Of a DNA stretch of 64,000 nt, positions 8,834-17,292 are shown one piece after another. Position 1 is the first letter of the stretch. Every line of letters begins with the position of its first letter. The position numbers and the translations under genes are program-made. Source of the DNA: an uncultured virus (IMG/VR IMGVR_UViG_3300021197_001546) (Duplodnaviria > Heunggongvirae > Uroviricota > Caudoviricetes); IMG/VR virus record IMGVR_UViG_3300021197_001546; one strand, given 5' to 3'. The notes under the pieces were generated by a model. It searched no databases and was not told the DNA's origin. It worked only from the letters and a program-made list of their open reading frames with translations.

Positions 8834-9751
8834 ATGAAGAGATTCAAAGAACTACGAGAAAACTTTATGGTAGAATCGGAGTTTAGTCCTTACGGTCTAA
8901 GCAATCGTTCTATTCATACAGACGACGGAACTCATCGTCTCGACAATACAGAGAACCTCGGACGAATCAATGCATTCATCGAGAACTTTCTCTCCAGTAA
9001 CACGCTTCATGCAAAGGCCAAACTAGAACAACTAAAGATCAGACTCAACCACATCGGGTTGGACTTTGATGTTAGAGGTGGTCTTGTTGACGAAAACGTC
9101 ACTTCGTATCCTGTCAGTTACTACGGTAAGGTGTTCGGATACAAGATGGAAAATGGTGTCTCGACTGGCGAGATTGGTGATCAAGATCTTGCTACCGAAA
9201 AGTTCGGAAAGCCTTTGGCTCTATCCGTTCGTCAGACAGGTGAAGGTGTTGTTCAACTAGAGGCTAAGATTCACTTTGTCGGTGAAGAAGAAGGACTAGG
9301 CGAAGATGCTTTAGAACTTCGTCTCCACATTGATAATGATGAAGTCATCTTCGAAAGTAAGATTCTTCCTGCTCTTGAAAATGCAGAAGATATCGACGAA
9401 GCCCTTCGTGGACTCATGTACGCAGTTCGCTCTGCTGTCAAGGGATACGAAATGGATGTCAGCGATGATGATATCCAAGCCGTAGCAGAGTCGATTCTAA
9501 TGGACACACTCGATCCCGAAGAGGACGAGGACGATGAAGATTTACTTGAAGTTGAGGTAGAACTCGACGAACTCGATAAATCAACCGTAAAAAATTATGA
9601 GCGAAAAGCGAAGATCGGTTACGATATTGCCAAGGACATGTCAAAGCATGAACCAAAGAAGGATGATCGTGACGAAATGAAAAGAGTCGCAAAAAGAAGA
9701 GCCATGGGTATGGCTAGAGCATCTGCACGAACAGAAGACGAACGAGGTTGA
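8834..9751 (+). CDS. Modular hypothetical protein, putative internal head protein
   Basis: Starts MKRFKELRE-N. Has an EVELDELDKSTVKNY module like those of the 2..1380 protein and an ELRLHIDND module shared with the gene at 62454. Confidence 0.7.
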   Translation: MKRFKELRENFMVESEFSPYGLSNRSIHTDDGTHRLDNTENLGRINAFIENFLSSNTLHAKAKLEQLKIRLNHIGLDFDVRGGLVDENVTSYPVSYYGKVFGYKMENGVSTGEIGDQDLATEKFGKPLALSVRQTGEGVVQLEAKIHFVGEEEGLGEDALELRLHIDNDEVIFESKILPALENAEDIDEALRGLMYAVRSAVKGYEMDVSDDDIQAVAESILMDTLDPEEDEDDEDLLEVEVELDELDKSTVKNYERKAKIGYDIAKDMSKHEPKKDDRDEMKRVAKRRAMGMARASARTEDERG

Positions 9752-9772
9752 TCAGGTTTCACTGTGAGTTAA

Positions 9773-9780
9773 TATAAATA
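9773..9780 (+). promoter_or_regulatory. T4 late promoter TATAAATA
   Basis: Exact match 8 nt upstream of the ATG at 9789. Confidence 0.75.
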
Positions 9781-9788
9781 TAATTGTT

Positions 9789-10166
9789 ATGAATTTTTCT
9801 TTGTTGAATGAAACCAACTTTATCATGTATGCCATGAAAAACTATGAGAACCCGACATGTACGGGAATAGATGAATTCCATGAAGATCTAAACCGTGTGA
9901 AATATGTGAAGCGTCTTTTTCGTAAATATGAGAAGAGCAAAATTCTCCGTGAAAGATTAATATTAAATCATTTGATCATTCTTGGTAATGTGTTCGGTCC
10001 TACGGTTTGCTCCAGAATTATGTTTTATAAAACCGAAGTCGAACTGCATTCATACCTTAAGACTTTTTTGATCTATCTAAATTACTTGCCAAAAGAAATA
10101 GAAGAAATAGATCTAGAATTAATACCGTTGGATAATGAAATAGTAGAAAAACTTCGGAGTCTCTAA
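9789..10166 (+). CDS. Conserved T4-like hypothetical protein
   Basis: NFIMYAMKNYENP.C...EF.EDL.R.KY.KRL...ERLILNH motif, recurrent in marine T4-like phages. Confidence 0.75.
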   Translation: MNFSLLNETNFIMYAMKNYENPTCTGIDEFHEDLNRVKYVKRLFRKYEKSKILRERLILNHLIILGNVFGPTVCSRIMFYKTEVELHSYLKTFLIYLNYLPKEIEEIDLELIPLDNEIVEKLRSL

Positions 10167-10960
10167 TGGGTGCAGTAGACGCTTTCATAGCATATAAATT
10201 CATCAAACTTCTCACGACTCCGTGGAAGGATACTGAGGCATACAAACTCGGTATCATCGACGAAAATGGCAAGGTTCTTAGGAAACGAAAAGATCTCAAA
10301 TTATCTACTGAGAAAAACTCGTACACAGTTTTTCACACTTTGTGCTGGAACATCAAGAGACTCCTAGAAAAACTCCCAGGCGGTAAAACTAAAATCGCTT
10401 CCTTTGCTGCCGCTCTGTATCTTCTCAAAGAGAATACAGATGTTGTAGACAAAACATTATTCGAGAGATCTTTAATCTGGTATCTCGAAGACAGTGGTAT
10501 AGAAGTAGAAGATCGTTTTGATCCTTATGACAGAAACACATCAGGCACAATCAACCCTGGCACATACATCATCGAAGATCAAAAGGTTCTGTTCACCCGT
10601 TCATTGGACTCGTTCACATCTTTCCTCGGAGAGAGTCTGTACAGAATTGGAACTCTTTGCCTCACGGAAAAAGAATTCGTTACTCTATCTGACTACAACC
10701 TCACTGAAGGAAGAAACAGAAGAACCAATGAAATGAAAGATTCTTTTGCTGGTATGAATGTATTCAAAGTCTCCCAAGACGAATACATCAAGTCAATAAA
10801 AGGCAGAACAAAGTTCCAACGATGGGACAAACACATGGACATGGAAAAACAAGAAAGCGGTGAAGTTAAGAAGTATGCTCACCGTAACCCAGGCAAGCCA
10901 GTTCTCATCCAGAACGATCGAACAGGAGAGATGGCTTATCTTATTCATAGGAGTGCGTGA
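10166..10960 (+). CDS. Conserved T4-like hypothetical protein
   Basis: AYKFIKLLTTPW...AYKLGIIDENGK motif, typically adjacent to the previous gene. Confidence 0.7.
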   Translation: MGAVDAFIAYKFIKLLTTPWKDTEAYKLGIIDENGKVLRKRKDLKLSTEKNSYTVFHTLCWNIKRLLEKLPGGKTKIASFAAALYLLKENTDVVDKTLFERSLIWYLEDSGIEVEDRFDPYDRNTSGTINPGTYIIEDQKVLFTRSLDSFTSFLGESLYRIGTLCLTEKEFVTLSDYNLTEGRNRRTNEMKDSFAGMNVFKVSQDEYIKSIKGRTKFQRWDKHMDMEKQESGEVKKYAHRNPGKPVLIQNDRTGEMAYLIHRSA

Positions 10961-11412
10961 TGCTCGAAGCCGTTCTCACAACCGAATTCCTCTCTATGGT
11001 AGGCGGAGCCTTAACAGGCTTCATTTTCCGATCTATGGCAGAGAAGCGTAAATCAGAACAGGAACGATTTGAGCGGACCCTTTCGCTGATCGACAAAAGA
11101 ATCGAAGCAGCGGACGCAGCGGTTCAGAGAGTCTCTGTGGACGCTGGGAAGCGTGTGAGACGCTTCATCGTCCTCTGTATACTCTTCGGTACTATCCTCG
11201 CTCCGTTCATCCTACCCTTCTTCAACATCCCCGTGGTTGTTGAAGTTGAAGAAAGCAAGCCTGCTCCTCTGGACGTATTCGGCTTGTTCGGTAACAACAC
11301 CTACATCTCTTTCCATACTGTAACTGGCTATCTGTTCACAACGGAAAACAGACAAATCCTAGTCACTATAGTTGGATTCTACTTTGGAAATGCCAGTGCT
11401 AAAAATAGGTAA
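10957..11412 (+). CDS. Membrane protein, holin-like candidate
   Basis: Two to three hydrophobic segments and a C-terminal IVGFYFG. Confidence 0.5.
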   Translation: MMLEAVLTTEFLSMVGGALTGFIFRSMAEKRKSEQERFERTLSLIDKRIEAADAAVQRVSVDAGKRVRRFIVLCILFGTILAPFILPFFNIPVVVEVEESKPAPLDVFGLFGNNTYISFHTVTGYLFTTENRQILVTIVGFYFGNASAKNR

Positions 11413-11644
11413 ACTAATCGCTCTCGTGCTAATCATGTCTGGCTGTGCCTCCGATCAAGTGATCATGGGCAAGAATATGGCAGAACCCAGTGCTGAAGTT
11501 GTTCAGCAGGCGTCAGAAATTGCTCAACAGGCGTCAGCAGTATCATCTCCGTGGAACATAGCCATAGGGATTATATACTTCGGTATGATTCTCACTGCGG
11601 CATACTATCTTCTGTCTATCAAGAAAACTCAGCCCGACAACTGA
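11390..11644 (+). CDS. Lipoprotein with a C-terminal transmembrane helix
   Basis: Signal peptide plus lipobox MSG-C; C-terminal WNIAIGIIYFGMILTAAYYLL. Confidence 0.55.
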   Translation: MPVLKIGKLIALVLIMSGCASDQVIMGKNMAEPSAEVVQQASEIAQQASAVSSPWNIAIGIIYFGMILTAAYYLLSIKKTQPDN

Positions 11645-12186
11645 GTCTGTAAAAACTTACAGATATAGTAAGCATCAACAATATCAGATAATGGGTTACC
11701 GATCTCTTCACGATCGGGCTGTATTAGTTTCGCTAGATCGACAAATGTCTCTTGTGTGAAAGAGGCATACATGTCAGTCTTAGAAGCATTACCTTTACCA
11801 GTTGCAAACTTCTTGACTTTAGTGGGTTCCACAATCTCTAAAGGCATACTGTTCTGATACATCTTGTATTTAAGAACCCCCGTGTTTTCTGCTATATGAA
11901 ACACTCGGCCCTTTGCACCGTAAGCATATCCTTCTAGAGCAACCTGATCACAACCTATGGTTTTCTGTATGGCCCACTCAGAGATACTATCATATCTCTC
12001 CAATTCTTGTGAATAGGAAGAAAATGCTTCTCCTGTGATATTCTTCCCGAAGGGTCTCTGGTTCTTTATCACATCAGAGAGGAAGAAGAACAAGCAGTTC
12101 TTGAATTCGAACTTCGTCTTACTATTTCCCATAAAGATACATATAGCAGGACTTCTTAAACTATAATCTATACCAGCAATTGACAT
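11629..12186 (-). CDS. RuvC-like Holliday junction resolvase
   Basis: IAGIDYS, EGYAY, VKKFATGKGNASK and SDIVDAY motifs. Confidence 0.75.
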   Translation of the reverse strand: MSIAGIDYSLRSPAICIFMGNSKTKFEFKNCLFFFLSDVIKNQRPFGKNITGEAFSSYSQELERYDSISEWAIQKTIGCDQVALEGYAYGAKGRVFHIAENTGVLKYKMYQNSMPLEIVEPTKVKKFATGKGNASKTDMYASFTQETFVDLAKLIQPDREEIGNPLSDIVDAYYICKFLQTQLSG

Positions 12187-12200
12187 GGAGATTCTTTCAT

Positions 12201-15200
12201 ATGGCCATTAAAAATATTACTTCTGGAACTGGATTCAGCGGCATATTTGCCGACAGAGCCGCTGAGGGAACTGGTGGTGCTACAGGCTTTAACCATAAAC
12301 CAGTAGCACGATGGACTGAAGTGCCATCAGAAATATTTAGGGAGGCCGAATTTGTAGTTGGACTCCAAGCATATCATTCCGAAGGAATCAAAGAAATCGA
12401 GTTCGTTCTGAACGGTGGGCTCACTGCCTCTGTTACAGAAGAATTCATCAATCCCCGAACAAACATCCCGGAATATTGTGTAAAAATCAACAGAAATAAT
12501 GTCATTGGTACAGTTGGTGAATCGTTGGATAATATTGAACTCAGAGCAGTAATCACTCCTAATGTTGGTCAAGTTAAGATCCTACAGCATAACAATAGCG
12601 TTACTACGGCAAAGGAAGGTAGTCAACTGGTATGTGGTTTGTATGGACTCAGTGGGGGATACGGGACAAACTTCCAAAACAAAAGACTTCACCCAGGCGA
12701 ACACTCTTGGATGTGTTCACTGTTAAAGGGTAATGATGATACCAGTGGCACTCTGCCTGACGTTGTAAAATATATGTCACCCGGAGGAAGCGATACGAAC
12801 GACGGTTCACAGACAAACCCAGTAAAAACCATGGCAAAGTGTCTCGAAAAGGTAAGAGATGCGTGTGCAACCGACACCGCAAACCTACTAACTGACGGAG
12901 GTAGCAATTATGTTGATGTCTCCAGAGGTGTCATCACACTCCTGGCTGGTAACTATGACCCAGTAAGTAATTATCTCTTTAATGAACAACTAGGTGATGG
13001 AACCGTCGATAACAGAATTCCATATTGTAAAAATTCATATCTTAGAATCACAGGCGACCCCACGAAGAGTCCCGACGAGATAGTTCTGGAAGTTCCGTCT
13101 GATCAATCCCAACCTGAAGTGGATGGAGTCGTTCAATCTCCGGAGACTGCGAACAACCCACACCTACTTCGAATCAAGAGAGTGAACAAAAGACTAGGAC
13201 TTATTGCCTTACAGAACATGAAGTTTGTGAGAAAGAACTTCGAATACGGCCACACAAACTTTGGTTTTGTTTACTCGAACACAACGCACTTCTCGGATGT
13301 CACAAAACAGCCCCTATTTGAAGGGTATCTATGGGATAACATCATAATTGATGATAAAACATTCTCTAAGGTTTACCCAGAATTTCATTCGAATTCTGCA
13401 GGCACCGCGATCCTATTCAGAAACAGTAAAATCTTTGGTGGGTCTGAACTAACGTCGATCGCGGACTGGATGAGAGGCAATACTGTCGTAAAGAATCAGG
13501 GCGATTGTATCAAGCAAATCGGATTTGCGGTGAACAACAAGTTCTCACTTGTTGACGGTATTGAACAAGTACCAAGAAAAATTTGGTTTGACCCAACTGA
13601 TCCCGAACACGGAAAGTATGCGAAGTTCAACGGCCTTTATACACCAATTCGATATAGAGATCATCTCTTAAAATCAACTGCATTTGCAACTGATACAGGG
13701 TTTACCTTTGATATCTCTAAAAACGCTCTGATTGGAACTATTTGGCAAAGACTCAAGTCAGATTCAATACTCGATTTTAAAACTGCACTCTATGAAGACA
13801 GGACTGATGAAGATAGCATTAATGAGTGGACATATAACACCCTAGGTGCCGAGGTCGGCATCCCTCCCAACGGCTGGTTTGGAGATGATAACGTTCAAGA
13901 ACTAACCAACATTCACCCAGCAAGAAAAATTCCATTTATAGCAAGAAAGCACTCGACAAACCCTCATCTAAGCCGAATGGAGTACTACGGGGACGAAGGC
14001 AACAAAACACAGTTGGTAGGGGAAAGTGTATATGATGATCACTTTACACCCCACTACATGGCTCTAGTCACCAACACAGGACCAGAAGGAGGAACCTCTG
14101 GATTCTTGCTCTTTGACTCAAGTAAGCCTCTAGTCAGAGGTTCTGACTCCGATTCGAATACACAAGAGTGGCTATGGAGATTCTCTGGATCGACTCAGGG
14201 AATCCCCAACCCCTCAACTCAGCACAACCGACAAGGCGGAACGGGAAACTTCTATCACAGAGGTGACGCTGCACAGCAATATTATTACTCATGGGCTGAA
14301 ACCGTAACCAAAGAGGCTTCCCCAAGAGACGGAAATAACCTTCCAGGCGAGAGTGATCTAGGCTCTACGAGTGACCTATATCCAGTATCATCATTTGCAA
14401 ACAGCGGAACTGATGACAGTATCCATACCGACCAATTCCAGTGGTTCATGACAAAGCAACAGGCAAAAGATTTTGACGGTATAGTCAGAATTGAAAATGT
14501 GTTAATGTCATATAACGAAATGATAGACATTGACGGTCAGACTTGGAATGTTGCTTCTAACACTGTCAGAGGGAACGGATTTGATAGTGATGAACATTGG
14601 GTAGATATAGCATTCGTAAACAACCTAATGGCTGCTAGTCCGTTCAACTACGGAAACAATAGTGCGGCTTGGAAAGCACCTGTTCGAAATATGTTGTTAT
14701 TTAATAATACCATGACTAACTGTGCTTTTAGTTTTAGGATTGGCGGACAGATCCTGGCCACTGAAGGATTTATTCATGGAACATCAGCATCTGCTGATAA
14801 TTTCGGCAGTTTCTGGTCCGATTACCTTCAGGATACTTACGGGAATGCTGGAGTCACTCTAGACTTCAGATCGGCACATATTGTGTTCCGAAATAACCAT
14901 ATTGAAAACGCAACAGGTGACATGTTCAAACATGCGTTGGGACTGACATACGATCTTTCGGATCCCGGTGGTCCCACATACAAACAGTGGATTCCTGGCG
15001 GCAGCACAGGAACCCTCATCGAACCTTGCATCTTTGAAAACAACTATTTTTGGCCATTCGGAACAGAACCAGCAGACAATTATGCAATAATGAAGGACTG
15101 GGATTATTTCCTCGACATGCCTGAACTACAAAAACCAAATTTCACCAATGCACCCCCCGAGGTTGGTGGTTCTGATTCATATGACTCGACGGTTATAGCA

Positions 15201-15983
15201 GACTACACCCCAACCTCAAACTCAGGTCTTGTTGGTGGAGCAAGTGGATCCGAAAAATATGACCTACACAAGAAGTTGAGAATCGAAAGATCAACGGCGG
15301 GATGCTTAGAGCCAATCAACCTCTCGAATGATGATTACATCCAAACCACCGTAAACACAAATGCGTCAAATCTTACTCTTGATCCTTCTGGGCTACTAGA
15401 AGGTGATATTTACGGAAAGAGGTTCAGGGTAGAGGCTAGGCTGGGTGCTGAAGATCTTCTGTCAACAAATACTATTAGGTTTGAGAACTTCTCAGAGAGT
15501 TCAACAGCCGAAGATGCCAGTTTACCAACTGTATACGAATTTAATAAAACATCTGGGCAGTATAGAAAGTCATCATATACAGTTCCAGACGCAGCGGATA
15601 TCGATGATCCAACCTCAGACTGGCTACCCCTTGATTATAACCTGAACCAAATAATAATTTATGGTCAAGGTTATGGTAGTGCGAGCGATGCTAGTCCTAC
15701 TGGTGACTCCCGCGAGAACCTTCTAAAGTTCTTCTTTGACACCGCTGAACAGCGGGCAGGCTTCACTGCCCAATACGAATCTGTTGGTATCTCTCTCGGA
15801 ATGATTTTACCCAAACCCGACGACATAAATGGAATTGCAGTTACACTAGAAAAATTCGAAACCAATGGATCAACCGACCTGCAAACACACATTATCAACA
15901 ACTCAACAGGATTGACAATGGCCATCCGTGAGTTTAACCTCCCAGACGGAGATACAATAATAATAAGACCAACTGGTCTCTAA
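12201..15983 (+). CDS. Large (about 1260 aa) putative virion or polysaccharide-binding protein with beta-helix-like regions
   Basis: GGAG RBS before the ATG at 12201. YMSPGGSDTNDGSQTNPVKTM is a typical beta-helix-entry motif, followed by repeated F.NN/F.N strands. Confidence 0.55.
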   Translation: MAIKNITSGTGFSGIFADRAAEGTGGATGFNHKPVARWTEVPSEIFREAEFVVGLQAYHSEGIKEIEFVLNGGLTASVTEEFINPRTNIPEYCVKINRNNVIGTVGESLDNIELRAVITPNVGQVKILQHNNSVTTAKEGSQLVCGLYGLSGGYGTNFQNKRLHPGEHSWMCSLLKGNDDTSGTLPDVVKYMSPGGSDTNDGSQTNPVKTMAKCLEKVRDACATDTANLLTDGGSNYVDVSRGVITLLAGNYDPVSNYLFNEQLGDGTVDNRIPYCKNSYLRITGDPTKSPDEIVLEVPSDQSQPEVDGVVQSPETANNPHLLRIKRVNKRLGLIALQNMKFVRKNFEYGHTNFGFVYSNTTHFSDVTKQPLFEGYLWDNIIIDDKTFSKVYPEFHSNSAGTAILFRNSKIFGGSELTSIADWMRGNTVVKNQGDCIKQIGFAVNNKFSLVDGIEQVPRKIWFDPTDPEHGKYAKFNGLYTPIRYRDHLLKSTAFATDTGFTFDISKNALIGTIWQRLKSDSILDFKTALYEDRTDEDSINEWTYNTLGAEVGIPPNGWFGDDNVQELTNIHPARKIPFIARKHSTNPHLSRMEYYGDEGNKTQLVGESVYDDHFTPHYMALVTNTGPEGGTSGFLLFDSSKPLVRGSDSDSNTQEWLWRFSGSTQGIPNPSTQHNRQGGTGNFYHRGDAAQQYYYSWAETVTKEASPRDGNNLPGESDLGSTSDLYPVSSFANSGTDDSIHTDQFQWFMTKQQAKDFDGIVRIENVLMSYNEMIDIDGQTWNVASNTVRGNGFDSDEHWVDIAFVNNLMAASPFNYGNNSAAWKAPVRNMLLFNNTMTNCAFSFRIGGQILATEGFIHGTSASADNFGSFWSDYLQDTYGNAGVTLDFRSAHIVFRNNHIENATGDMFKHALGLTYDLSDPGGPTYKQWIPGGSTGTLIEPCIFENNYFWPFGTEPADNYAIMKDWDYFLDMPELQKPNFTNAPPEVGGSDSYDSTVIADYTPTSNSGLVGGASGSEKYDLHKKLRIERSTAGCLEPINLSNDDYIQTTVNTNASNLTLDPSGLLEGDIYGKRFRVEARLGAEDLLSTNTIRFENFSESSTAEDASLPTVYEFNKTSGQYRKSSYTVPDAADIDDPTSDWLPLDYNLNQIIIYGQGYGSASDASPTGDSRENLLKFFFDTAEQRAGFTAQYESVGISLGMILPKPDDINGIAVTLEKFETNGSTDLQTHIINNSTGLTMAIREFNLPDGDTIIIRPTGL

Positions 15984-15986
15984 TAG

Positions 15987-16016
15987 AAAACCCCGCTCCG
16001 AAGAGCGGGGTTTTTT
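15987..16016. terminator. Bidirectional intrinsic terminator
   Basis: AAAACCCCGCTC-CGAA-GAGCGGGGTTTTTT between convergent genes; the minus-strand loop is C-UUCG-G. Confidence 0.9.
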
Positions 16017-16037
16017 AAATTGTATATTTAATTTTTA

Positions 16038-16244
16038 TCAGGAACCGACTGCGGTGGTCGCTGCGTCCCAAAGGGACTTGACCGAACTCGCAACCCATAC
16101 CACACCTGCCCACGAATAGGGAAGTAGTGCAAGGGTGATCAGCATACTTCGGCATACGCCGATCTTACCCAGGCTTCGGGTAACGATATCCTGATCGCAG
16201 GATCCAGTAACGGGACATTCCGTCATACATTTCTTATTAGTCAT
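16038..16244 (-). CDS. Small Cys-containing membrane protein
   Basis: AAGGAG RBS; CMTECP..SC followed by the hydrophobic helix MLITLALLPYSWAGVVWV. Confidence 0.7.
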   Translation of the reverse strand: MTNKKCMTECPVTGSCDQDIVTRSLGKIGVCRSMLITLALLPYSWAGVVWVASSVKSLWDAATTAVGS

Positions 16245-16268
16245 AGTATTCTCCTTCTATAATAAGAT

Positions 16269-17270
16269 TCAAAAAACAATTTGGAATTGGGCACGAACAA
16301 GATACTCACCAGAGTCGGTGGTACTCGACCAACCAGTCTGGCCAGTTTCCCATCCAGATCCAATTCCATCAAACGAGTAACCAAAGTCTGCGTTGAAACG
16401 AACGCCTGGGGTTACAAACCAATTTACACCAGCGGTAAGAATACTGAGATTCTCTTCGCCAGTAAGTTCTCCATACTGATACTCTGCATAGGGCTGGAGT
16501 TCATCAGAGAGACGATAACCAACCTGAGCAGTAGTTCCCCACTCAGTTCCTGCCTCATACTCAGCAGAAACATACGCTGCGTCAATGGTAAGATCACCGA
16601 AAACAACACCAGCATCGGCAGTCCAAGTCCAGTATCGCTCAACATCCTCGTTATGGGAAAGAGCAGCACCAACGTTCAACCAATCAGTTGCCTTCCAGTC
16701 AAGACGACCAGTGGCTGCATAAGAGTTGTCTGGACCCTTACCGTTGGCACTATAGAAACCATCACTGTAAGCAAACTTACCAGTAACGGGTCCAAAGTCA
16801 TGCGAGAACTGAACGCCCTGCGAACGACCCTGACCAAAGTTGTTCGAGATGATTGATCGCTCGATACCGAGGATATCAACTCGACTCGTAAGAACTTCCT
16901 TCATAAAAGGAGTCTTAAACTGTCCCAACTTGAAGCCTACACCCTCGAAGGTGGTAGAAGCGTAAGCATCCTTGAGATTGAAGTCTCCACCCTCACTCCA
17001 CTGTCCACTAACCTTGTAGTCCCAGTTATAGACTGAACCAGAAAGAATAATTCTGGCACGAGGAACGGTGAAACCGTAACTCTTATCCGTTCCGCCGCCG
17101 CTACTAAAAGTGTAGCGAGTCTGAACGTAACCACCAACGTCAACAGTCACTGGTGTTTGCCACTTTCGAGTGGCGGCATCAATTTGGACTCTATCAAGAG
17201 CGTCCATATCCTGTCCTACAGCAACTCCGCTGAAAACACATGATGCAATAATAGCACTGATAAATTTCAT
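16269..17270 (-). CDS. Outer-membrane porin, OprO/OprP (phosphate-selective) like
   Basis: Signal peptide; GYVQTRY, RARIILSG, LKDAY and GQFKTPF motifs; C-terminal AQFQIVF beta-signal ending in Phe. Confidence 0.8.
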   Translation of the reverse strand: MKFISAIIASCVFSGVAVGQDMDALDRVQIDAATRKWQTPVTVDVGGYVQTRYTFSSGGGTDKSYGFTVPRARIILSGSVYNWDYKVSGQWSEGGDFNLKDAYASTTFEGVGFKLGQFKTPFMKEVLTSRVDILGIERSIISNNFGQGRSQGVQFSHDFGPVTGKFAYSDGFYSANGKGPDNSYAATGRLDWKATDWLNVGAALSHNEDVERYWTWTADAGVVFGDLTIDAAYVSAEYEAGTEWGTTAQVGYRLSDELQPYAEYQYGELTGEENLSILTAGVNWFVTPGVRFNADFGYSFDGIGSGWETGQTGWSSTTDSGEYLVRAQFQIVF

Positions 17271-17292
17271 TTTTTTCTCCTTATGATTTAGA

